Origin: an uncultured Planctomycetaceae bacterium
GTDB taxonomy: Bacteria > Planctomycetota > Planctomycetia > Pirellulales > Pirellulaceae
Length of the DNA: 64,000 bases
Assembly: GCA_963776055.1 (NCBI GenBank)
Contig: CAVZLD010000005.1
Span: 121,685 to 185,684, forward strand
Reading direction: 5' to 3'
Positions 1 through 9,600 of the stretch are shown here, in pieces. Below the pieces are notes generated by a model. That model did no database searches. It was not told the origin of the DNA and saw only the letters and a list, made by a program, of their open reading frames with translations. Numbering within the stretch: the first letter of the stretch is position 1; the number at the start of each line of letters is the position of its first letter. The position numbers and the translations under genes are program-made.

Positions 1-692
<692 letters not shown>

Positions 693-697
693 CCATC

Positions 698-973
698 GTG
701 ATCAATCCCCAGCATCAACAAACACTCGCCGTTTTCGAACAATTGCAGCCGGGCGATCGTGTCGAGTTGACACATGAGGTCAAGGTCGGATTCCGCACGT
801 GGGAAACGGTCACACGAGGAACCGTCGTGAAAACGGAACGCCGACGACACGGCCTGCACCGTCGACGCAACGGGGACGACAAAGTCTTCAGCGATCTGAT
901 GGTTCTGGAGCAAGAGGATGGGGAGCGAACGACGGTGACGCTGGACGAATTCTCGATCCTTCGCAAGCTGTGA
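698..973 (+). CDS. Small hypothetical protein (91 aa), likely GTG start
   Basis: It starts 6 nt after the ilvC stop on the same strand and has compact, clean coding. I recognise no motifs. Confidence 0.4.
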   Translation: MINPQHQQTLAVFEQLQPGDRVELTHEVKVGFRTWETVTRGTVVKTERRRHGLHRRRNGDDKVFSDLMVLEQEDGERTTVTLDEFSILRKL

Positions 974-1142
974 GCCACCGGGCGAGATCTACCGTCTAGG
1001 ACACGCGGCCGGATCACTTCTGCGGTCCCTGCGCAACACAGGCGAGCGATTGGCTGGATCGGATCGGCAGTTGACCATGGCCGACCGCGGGTGTCATGCT
1101 GAAAGCCTCGACGTCGTCGGTCCGACGATTCACCGCCAACGG

Positions 1143-3281
1143 TTAGAGTCCCGCGATTTGGATCGTTTCTTCGTAGCTACAGAGACCGGCCGAGGCCCCC
1201 AGCCCGGTGACGCAACAAGCGCCGACCGCGGCGGCCAGTTGGCCCGCTTGCGCTGGAGGGAATCCCTTCAGTAAGCCGCAGAGCAGTCCTGCGTAGAAGG
1301 CGTCGCCGGCGCCGGTCGTGTCCACGATCGGTCCTGGCGGAATCACGGCCGGGACTGCGATGAACTGATCCGCCGCGGGGCTCAACAAAGCTCCTTGCGA
1401 TCCCAGCTTGACGCCCAGCAGACCTGGCGCGCCGCAGCTACGGAAAGTCTCGAGAATCTTCTGTGGATCCGTCTGTCCGGTCTGATGTTCCGCCTCGGCG
1501 CGACTCGGACAATACACATCCAGATGAGGCAGGATCCGATCTAACGGTTGCAAGGAACCGCCGTCGCCGGCCGCGTCCAGCGCGGTTTGGCAGCCGGTCT
1601 CGCGAATGGCGGCGAAAACCTCCGGCAAATCCCCTTCCAGGTTGGGCATCAAGGAGTAGTAGCCGACGAGCATCATCCGGCTCAGCGCAAAGAACTCCAG
1701 GTTCTCCAGGAAGGTCGCCTTCGTCATCAGTTTGGGCGCACCCACACAATGCGCAAAGCTCCGTTCCCCGCTGTCGTCGACCAAGACCGCGGTCGTGCTG
1801 GTCGCGCCGGTCGGATGCGTTATCAGCGAACGCACATCGACACCTTCATCACTCAGTCGCTTGCGAATCAGGTTCGCCCAATCATCACGTCCCACGTAAC
1901 TGAGTGCCGCCACTTGCATCCGCAGTCGCGCCATGGCGATTCCTGCATTGGCGACGATGCCTCCCGTGGTCACTTCGATTGGGTCGGTCTGCATCAGTCG
2001 CCCGCCACCGATGGGCACTTCCAATGGAACGGGACGCACCAGCATATCGACAACACAGGAACCACATAGTACGCAGTCGATGAGCTTTTCCATGTTCAAT
2101 CCAGAATCCGCTTCCAGCGTTCGAGGTTCCATTGCACTTTTTCCGCCTGCGTCATCTTCCCAAAATCGGGTTCCTCGGCACCGTTGCGAGACGAGGCGGC
2201 CGTGGTTCGCCGTGCCGACGTTCCCGCATAGCTGCCCGACGTCTCGGTCGATTGCAGGTCGTCCTGCAGTGATCGGTGCGGCGGAATCTTCAGCTGCTGC
2301 AGATCGCCATGATAAGCACGCACGGCTTCCGCCGGCTTGAGTTGGTCGTCCGCCACGGCGCAAGTACTTGACGAACGACAACTGGTGTTCGGCGTTGTTG
2401 ATCTTTCGACCGTAGAGCGCGACACGAGCCCCGTACTTCTTTGCCTCCCACAGCATGTGGTAGGCATCGAAGGTCGTGCCGGCCGAGCCGCCGAGAATTC
2501 CGACCACCAACGCATCGTCGTAGCGCGACAGGGCCTCCATCGCGGCGGGTCCATGATACACGATCTTCAGAAACAGCGGTCGACTGCGCTGCGTGACTCC
2601 CGCCAACAAGTGCGCGATGTGATCATTGATAAAGCGTGCCAGATCGGCGGGAGAGTGAGCCCCCGATGCGTTCGGGTCAAAAACCTCCAGGAAATGCCGA
2701 AAGTCTTTGCGTTCCGCTTCCAGTCGAAACGTTTTGTAAGCCTCCAGCGTCTGCAGATCGAGCTGCACGTCGTTGTTCAGCGTGATGGAGTACAGGCCAA
2801 GATTCGCGCCGAGTCGACGTTCGTGCGGCGCGCATTCCACTTTGCCGCACTGCGCATGATCAATCGTCGCCGAGCGAAAGGGACGCGAAGGTTGCGAAGC
2901 ATAACGGCCGCTGCCGGCCGCTAACCAAATGTCCGTCGTGTCGTTGGCGCGGATCGCCGGCGTGACTCGACTGTTGTCGAACAATCGTTCCTGCAGCGTC
3001 AAGACTTCGCTGGAACTGGCACTCATCAACATGATGTCGACCAGTCCCTGATGAACGATCTCGCGCATCAATTGACGATACTCGTTCAACGTCCGAAACC
3101 GCGCTTCCGGCCCGTAATACTCGGGACTATGACCCGGCGCCGAAAGGCCAAACGCCATATCGGCATCTTTGGCGTCGGCAATGATGAAGTCTCGACAACT
3201 GGAGTCGGATTGGATCCGCGCCAGTTTCGTGTCAAGCGATTTCGGCACTCGAGGTCCGGGAGGGTGCGTTGCATCCGTCAT
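1143..3281 (-). CDS. Bidomain sugar-catabolic protein: N-terminal aldolase-like TIM-barrel domain (DUF2090/DeoC-LacD-like) fused in frame to a C-terminal PfkB-family carbohydrate kinase (IolC-like 5-dehydro-2-deoxygluconokinase candidate)
   Basis: The C-terminal 317 aa (1143-2093) carry PfkB motifs (LLGVKLGSQGA ... DTTGAGDAFYAGLL). The N-terminal ~300 aa (DFIIADAKDADMAFGL ... VVGILGGSAGTTFDAYHML) look like an aldolase-type TIM barrel. There is no stop between the two, so they form a single 713-aa frame from ATG 3281. An ~85-aa low-complexity linker sits at 2094-2350, so fusion versus two genes is uncertain. Confidence 0.6.
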   Translation of the reverse strand: MTDATHPPGPRVPKSLDTKLARIQSDSSCRDFIIADAKDADMAFGLSAPGHSPEYYGPEARFRTLNEYRQLMREIVHQGLVDIMLMSASSSEVLTLQERLFDNSRVTPAIRANDTTDIWLAAGSGRYASQPSRPFRSATIDHAQCGKVECAPHERRLGANLGLYSITLNNDVQLDLQTLEAYKTFRLEAERKDFRHFLEVFDPNASGAHSPADLARFINDHIAHLLAGVTQRSRPLFLKIVYHGPAAMEALSRYDDALVVGILGGSAGTTFDAYHMLWEAKKYGARVALYGRKINNAEHQLSFVKYLRRGGRPTQAGGSRACLSWRSAAAEDSAAPITAGRPAIDRDVGQLCGNVGTANHGRLVSQRCRGTRFWEDDAGGKSAMEPRTLEADSGLNMEKLIDCVLCGSCVVDMLVRPVPLEVPIGGGRLMQTDPIEVTTGGIVANAGIAMARLRMQVAALSYVGRDDWANLIRKRLSDEGVDVRSLITHPTGATSTTAVLVDDSGERSFAHCVGAPKLMTKATFLENLEFFALSRMMLVGYYSLMPNLEGDLPEVFAAIRETGCQTALDAAGDGGSLQPLDRILPHLDVYCPSRAEAEHQTGQTDPQKILETFRSCGAPGLLGVKLGSQGALLSPAADQFIAVPAVIPPGPIVDTTGAGDAFYAGLLCGLLKGFPPAQAGQLAAAVGACCVTGLGASAGLCSYEETIQIAGL

Positions 3282-3370
3282 CGATCGATGGCTCCGGGCG
3301 CGAAACAACCGGAAAGCAAAAAGGGGGTGCTGCCGGATCGGCGCATCCTCGGCCCGGCACTGCCTCAAGT

Positions 3371-4402
3371 CTAGCTTCCCAGCAAATGCTTGAGCACAGC
3401 CAGCTCCAGGGCCTCGTAGTCCCGATCGGCAACACATTGTTGCTCGACATCCCGCGGGAAAGACCGCACTTTCTCCACCAGCATCAGGAACAGCTCACGA
3501 CTATTCTGCAAGTGCAACGTAGCCGCCTCCGCCTTCTGCGTCCGCATCGCCTTGACATCTAAACCCACACAGCGACCGGTCTGGGCGTAATTGCCCAATT
3601 CCAGCACGCGGACTTGATTGTAGGCACACCGCAGATTCGCCGCTCCAAAAGACTTGTCCTGGTCGTATTTCAGCCCGTTTTGATCATTCAGGTGGACGCT
3701 CCACAACTTGCCGTGCGAAAGCGCAAAGGCCATTTCGTCGGAAGGATCCAAACCAGCCAGCAGGGCATGAGCGCTTTCAATCAATCCCCCTACGCGCGAC
3801 GGATCCTTGGCCTGGTAGGAAATCGCCAGCGCGTGGCCGATGGTCGGCAAATAGGCCTGGTCCGTCGGTTCGTTCGGCTTGGGCTCAATCGCCAGCTCCA
3901 CTTTGTCGTCGTGATCCAGCAAGGCGTTAATCGCATCCAACAGATGCTGGTGTGCCTCAATCGCGTTCTTCGACTCGCGGATATAGGTGCCTTCCCGCGC
4001 AAGCCAGAGCACGATCAGCTTGGTGCCCAGCAGATTCGCGATGTCAATCGCGCGCCGGCTACGCTCGATCGCCCATTGCCGACCGGCCGGATCGTTGGCC
4101 GTATAGCCGCCGTCAATCCCCTTGGGATGCTCCCACAATCGCGGCGCAACGAACTCCGCCTGCAGTCCTTCTCCATCGAGGATCTTTTTCATTTCGGCAG
4201 CTTCCCGCTGGATCTGCTCGAACGATTTCTCCTCCAAGTCCGGCACCGCGTCGTCATCGTGAAACTGAACGGCGTCAAAGCCCAACTGCTTGTAGAGCTT
4301 CAGCTTCCTGGCAAACTCCACCGTCGGTCGCACAGGCGGGCCAAATGGATCCGCACCTTCATGGATATTCCACGGACCAAACGAGAAACAATAGTCGGCC
4401 AC
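3371..4402 (-). CDS. Xylose isomerase-like TIM-barrel protein (sugar/sugar-phosphate isomerase or epimerase family)
   Basis: The N-terminus MADYCFSFGPWNIHEGADPFGP parallels the XylA N-terminus (FTFGLWTVG..DPFG). It is 343 aa and is probably co-transcribed with the upstream kinase gene. Confidence 0.75.
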   Translation of the reverse strand: MADYCFSFGPWNIHEGADPFGPPVRPTVEFARKLKLYKQLGFDAVQFHDDDAVPDLEEKSFEQIQREAAEMKKILDGEGLQAEFVAPRLWEHPKGIDGGYTANDPAGRQWAIERSRRAIDIANLLGTKLIVLWLAREGTYIRESKNAIEAHQHLLDAINALLDHDDKVELAIEPKPNEPTDQAYLPTIGHALAISYQAKDPSRVGGLIESAHALLAGLDPSDEMAFALSHGKLWSVHLNDQNGLKYDQDKSFGAANLRCAYNQVRVLELGNYAQTGRCVGLDVKAMRTQKAEAATLHLQNSRELFLMLVEKVRSFPRDVEQQCVADRDYEALELAVLKHLLGS

Positions 4403-4680
4403 GACGAGACCCTCCTCTTACGGTGCGCTGACAATCACCACCCACCGGAACCGACGGGCGACCTCCCAGGATAAGGCGTGTGGCACCACCGGAGCAAGTC
4501 CCCGCACCGAACCGCTGCAATGCCTCCTCGGTGAGCGAAAACAACTTCATCCGAAACAAAAAGAGGGCTTCCTCCGAAGCGGAAAGGGGGGCCAAACGGA
4601 ATGACATTCAGATCGAACGAAGTCATTTCGTAGCAATCCGAACGATTTCGACAGAGTCTCGCTGTACTCGCAAACAAAAC

Positions 4681-4970
4681 CAACCCGAAGCGCCAGCGAA
4701 GGGGTCAGGCAAGAAACGCCGATCTGCGCCGGAACCCACCAAACCCACCGTCGAAGGACTCCACCGCGCCGCGTGTACCACCCTGTGGCAATGTCAAGTC
4801 GAGACGTGGCGACGCTTCGGCATCATGTCGAGACTTCGGGTCGCGCCGGCACGAGGAATGTTACGCGGAGAGGCGGGATGACATGTGGAGAGGCGGGGTG
4901 AGATGTGGAGAGGCGAGTTGTTACGCGGAGAGGCGGGGTGACACTGACCCCTTCGCTGGCGCTTCGGGTT
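4681..4970. repeat. Intergenic palindromic element: 28-bp perfect inverted repeat arms (4681-4708 and 4943-4970) enclosing about four tandem ~20-bp GC-rich repeats (4858-4945)
   Basis: The left arm caacccgaagcgccagcgaaggggtcag is the exact reverse complement of 4943-4970. The internal units follow t[gt]t[ga]cggagaggcggggtga[cg]a x4. Confidence 0.6.
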
Positions 4971-5072
4971 GGTGGGTGAGGCCGCTGTCCTCTTGAGCTT
5001 TGCGATGGAGGACGGGCCGGAGGGAATCCAGAGGTCATGCTGACGTCCAGCATGCTGTGTTCACGCCAATCG

Positions 5073-6263
5073 TCAGAATGCTTCGGGCATCCAGGGAGCG
5101 GGCCCGGCGAAAACGCGATCGATCAGCGACAGATCATTCGAATGGGGAGTCGCCAGCAACCCAAGTTCGGCCAATTGCGAAGCACGCCAATACCCCGTAA
5201 ACAGCGGCGCCAGCGCACGAATCGACAATCGAATTCTTCCCGCTCCGCCAGAACGAACCGTGGCCTGCCCGTCGCGAATGCGAATCTGCCAGCATCCATC
5301 ATTCGCCGTCAACAGCGGATCCTCGACGGCCAACTCCAGCTCGGTCTCCATGTCCTGGGGATAACCGCGCAATGACAGGGCCGCCGGCAAATCGACGATG
5401 CGAGACATCCACACTTGATGAAGGGCAACATCTAAGAACGCACCATCCACGTGCGCGGCCAACGGTTCGGCGGGCGAACCGAACCAGCGGACGACATCAT
5501 TTAGCGACGAGTGACCTGCCAGAAAAGCCCACACCGCCCGAGCGGCCAGCGGGGTGCTCGCCGCCATATCGATCACATCCAGTGGCTGGGGCAGAGTCAC
5601 TGCGCGGCCTGCCCTTCGCAGGATCAAATAGCCCTCCGGCCGATCGGAAGGACCAAAAAGATAGGTGATACTGCTCGCGTCGAACGGTTCCAGTAGTCGC
5701 TGCCAAAGACCGTGACTCCGCTGAAGATTGCCCTGTCCACGCCGAGCCCGCTCGCTGGCAACACCCTCCAGTCGCTCAAGTTCGGGCACAGGATATCGGT
5801 GGACATCCAGTGTCGAGACTTCGGTGGGAATCGCGCGCAGCGGCAGTTGATACTGCAGACGAGTCCCCGACTGTTCGAAGCCGACCGAACGATAAAGTCG
5901 TTGCGTCGAGGCAAACAAAGTCGCAACGGGAATTCCCTCCGATCGCAACTGCTGCAAGATCGTTTCCAGCAGAGAACGAGCCGCACCCTGCCCTCGCTCG
6001 GCCGGACTGATCGCCACGCCCGATACACCCGCCGCGGAAAGACATCGACCGCCAAACCACTGCCCCATGCGATATAAGCCCAATCCGCCCACCAAAGTGT
6101 CGCGTGAGAAGATCCCGTACATGTTCTCGCGGCCCACGCGTTCGAAGTACGTATCCCACCCCGACCGGGATGTCCCCAGCAGCGACTCCCCGGCAATCGA
6201 CGCGTAATCATCCAGATTCGATTCATCGAGCGGCCGAACTGACCATCCCGCTGTTCGCGACAT
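5073..6263 (-). CDS. Eis-like GNAT N-acetyltransferase (GNAT domain plus C-terminal SCP2-like domain), 397 aa
   Basis: The architecture and length match the Eis family. The acetyl-CoA site shows RGQGAARSLLETILQQL. I chose the internal ATG (MSRTAGW) at 6263 instead of the ORF-track start at 6326. Confidence 0.7.
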   Translation of the reverse strand: MSRTAGWSVRPLDESNLDDYASIAGESLLGTSRSGWDTYFERVGRENMYGIFSRDTLVGGLGLYRMGQWFGGRCLSAAGVSGVAISPAERGQGAARSLLETILQQLRSEGIPVATLFASTQRLYRSVGFEQSGTRLQYQLPLRAIPTEVSTLDVHRYPVPELERLEGVASERARRGQGNLQRSHGLWQRLLEPFDASSITYLFGPSDRPEGYLILRRAGRAVTLPQPLDVIDMAASTPLAARAVWAFLAGHSSLNDVVRWFGSPAEPLAAHVDGAFLDVALHQVWMSRIVDLPAALSLRGYPQDMETELELAVEDPLLTANDGCWQIRIRDGQATVRSGGAGRIRLSIRALAPLFTGYWRASQLAELGLLATPHSNDLSLIDRVFAGPAPWMPEAF

Positions 6264-6621
6264 TGTCCCTTCCTTTACTTTCAACCCCCACGCGGTCCAC
6301 TCGACGAAGGCCAGGCCAAGCCCCATGGCGCAACCCGCACGTGTTCGACCTTCTCATGCCCGCCCATAACCAAGGCGAGCTGGAAATGCCCCCGAGACAA
6401 TTTCTGGTTTTTTTATTGAGCCATTCCAGAGCAAGCTGGCTTGAGTATAGGACATCTGATGGACAGGCAGGTTCATCCGCGCGTGTTACAGATGCTTTAC
6501 GATTGGAGACACGCGACCAAGAAATGCTTTACCGCACGGGTCCCATCGCCTTTAATAGGTAGAGCGCTTACTGCCCTGCCCTCCTTCCACCGCGCCCACC
6601 TGCCTGCGGAGTGACCGATCT

Positions 6622-9600
6622 ATGTCTCGTCCACGTCCTTTGGGTCCCTTCGTGATCCTGGTTCTGTTCCTCAGTTTCGCCGGTCCGGCCGCCGCACGAC
6701 CGGCAGCGACGGATGCCGCGCCGGACTTCACCCGGTTGACCAATCCCGAGTTGGCTGACCAGTTGCAGCTGACCGATGAACAGCGAGCGCAAATTGCCCA
6801 GCTTCTACAGACACGCGCCGAGGCCCAAGCCAACCCGGACCAGGATCAGCGAGATCAGCAGCAGGCCGAAATTGACGCGCAGTTGGCCGAAGTCCTGACT
6901 GCCGAGCAGAAACAACAGTACAGTTCGCTCCCTGGTCAGTCCAAACTGGCCTTCAATTTCCGCGATCAGAGCTGGATCGATGTCCTCGATTGGTTTGCTC
7001 GCCAGGCGGGGCTATCGCTGGTCGTCAATCAACCGCCTCCTGGGACGTTTACCTACAGCGACACGAAATCATACTCCCCAACGGAAGCACTCGATCTGCT
7101 GAATGGTGTCCTATCGACTCGCAACTTTGCGCTCGATTCGGCGCGATCGAATGCTGATTTGTGCCGACCTTTCGCAAGCATTTCCCGACGCGCTCATACC
7201 GGAAGTGCGTCTGGAAGACCTGGACAAGTACGGCGACTTCGAACTGGTGAAGGTTTCGTTTGCGCTGGGCGGTCGCTCGGTGCAGGCGGTGTCGGACGAA
7301 ATCAAGCCGCTCCTGGAACCGAACGGACGGTCGACGATCTTTCCCCAATCCAAGCGTGTCCTGGTCACGGCCCGCGCGGGCAAGATGCGAGCGGTCAGTG
7401 TGGTGATTGCTTCTATTCCCGAACCACGACGGAAGGAGCCCCAAAAACCTAAACCGCCGGCGCCGAAGCCGGAATTACAGGTCTATCCGGTCGAGTCGCT
7501 CGACTTGAAAGCCACGGCGGAAATGTTGGATGATCTCGTCGGAGGTGCCAAGATCACAGTCGACGAACAGGCCGGGCAATTGAACGTGTTTGCCGTGCCA
7601 AGCCAGCAGGGGGCGATCAAGAAATACCTGGATGCCATGAAGGAACCCGCTTCGGCTGAACGCCAAGCCAAGTTGGAAGTCTATCTGCTCGAGCGTGAAT
7701 TAACGGGGGAGTTCATCGAGCAATTGAAGGCTCTGGCGCCTGGCGCCACAATGGCCGGCGACAGCGACCCCGCGCGTCTGGCGGTTTTCGCTCGGCCTGA
7801 TCAACATCGGAAGCTCCAGGAATTGCTTGGTCCGCCGTCCGGAATGGACCTGGAGATGGGGGATCGTCGCGCCGATGTCTACACGCTGAAGCACGCCGAA
7901 CCGGATGAATTGGCGGACGTCATCGAGAACCTGCTTCCGAAAGCGGAGGTCGCCACGGACGAAGCGGGAGGTCGCATGGTGGTCGTCGCCACGTCCGCCC
8001 AGCACGCCATCTTGGCGCAAATGATCCAACAGTTCGACTCGCCGCCCGCTGCCGACCGGGAATTGAAATTCTATCCGTTGCCGGACCGCGCCCGCAGCGA
8101 TCTCCAAGACATCCTGCAATCGTTCGTACCCAAGGCGGAGATCCAGATTCAGACCGATCCGCGTCGACTGATGGTCATTGCCAGCCCCGAAGAACAGACC
8201 ACGGTCGACCGGTTGCTGACGCAACTTGGCTCGACTTCGAACGATGTGCCGCAAAAACGGCTGCGCGTCTACACGGTCACAGCGGAGCAGCGCAAGCAAT
8301 TCGTCGCCACGTACAAACAGATCGCTCCCGAGCTGGAGACGATTACGATTCAGGAGACATCGCGCCCCGACGAGTTGCAGATCGTCGCCGACGAAGCCCA
8401 GCAACAGCGAATCGCCGAATGGCTGCAAGAGTTGAAGGAGCAGTTTCCCGACGCGCCGCGAAAGCTGAAATTCTACGACCTGCCCGCCTCCCTGCGTGCC
8501 CGCTTCTTGTCACTGAAGGACCAACTTGCTCCGGAGCTTCGATCGCTGCAGGTGGTCGACGGCGACCGACCGGATCGCCTGGGAGTGGTCGCATCCGATG
8601 TCGAACATGCGCAAGTCGCGGATCTACTGCAGCAACTGCAGACCGAACTGCCGGTCGAGGAGTCCCAGCTGCAGGTCTATCCCACCAGCCCCTCGCAGCG
8701 CAAGCGGTTCCTGGCGATCTTGCCTTCTCTGCAAAACGAACTACCGGGAATTCGCCTGATCGAGACGTCGGTACCCACCGAGCTGACGATCTGGGCGCGC
8801 CCCGCCCAGCATCAACGCCTGGCGGAACTACTGAATTCGCTTGCCGACGGCGATAATACCGGCGCCCTGCAACTGGTTGCCTACCCGGTCGAACAGGGAG
8901 ATCCGGAGAGCATCCTGGCGGTGCTGCAGGAGTTGTATCCAGACACGAAGATCGTCGCCGACTCGGAAACCAGTCGCGTGCTGGTCTGGACAACGCCCAC
9001 CGAGCACGAACAGATCGAACAGGCGGTCCAGCAGATGGATGCGCCAGCTGCGGCCGGCAAGAACAAGATGGTCTACTATCCCCTGGGGGAAGTTGATGTG
9101 CGCGATGTTCTGCGAATGTTCGAGGAACTCGTGCCCAACATGTCCCTGGTCGCCGACCGGGATTCGAATTCGATCATTGCCTGGGGTTCCGAGAAGGACC
9201 ACGCCTTGTTGAAGAAAACCGCGGAAGACTTCCGCCAACAGGCCGAGGTCGGTGGACGACAGATCGTCAGCTACCCGATCGGAAGTCGGAGCACACGCGA
9301 AGTCGAGTTCATCCTGCGGGCCGTGGTGCCCGGCGTTCCCATGGGAGGCGATGAGAAACGCCGCGCTGTCATCGCGTGGGCTACGCCGGAGGAGCACAAA
9401 CGCATTCAGCAGACGATGCTGGAATTGACCGGTGGCGCAGAGTCCGAGAGGGGCGAGCTACGCGTCTACACGATTACGCGAATGTCGGCCGACGATGTTG
9501 TCGAAGCGCTCGAACAGATCGCGCCGGCCGCACAGATTAGTATTGCCTCAGATCAGAGTCAGATTCTCGTCTGGGCCGATTCGGAAACACACAAGCAGAT

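Noticed and set aside
2337-2924. 195-aa plus-strand ORF
   Set aside because: It is antisense to the aldolase-like/PfkB kinase gene, which has clear motifs.
4480-4881. 133-aa plus-strand ORF in the 4.4-5.07 kb intergenic region
   Set aside because: It runs through the palindromic repeat element. It has Arg/Ala/Ser-rich composition and no start context.
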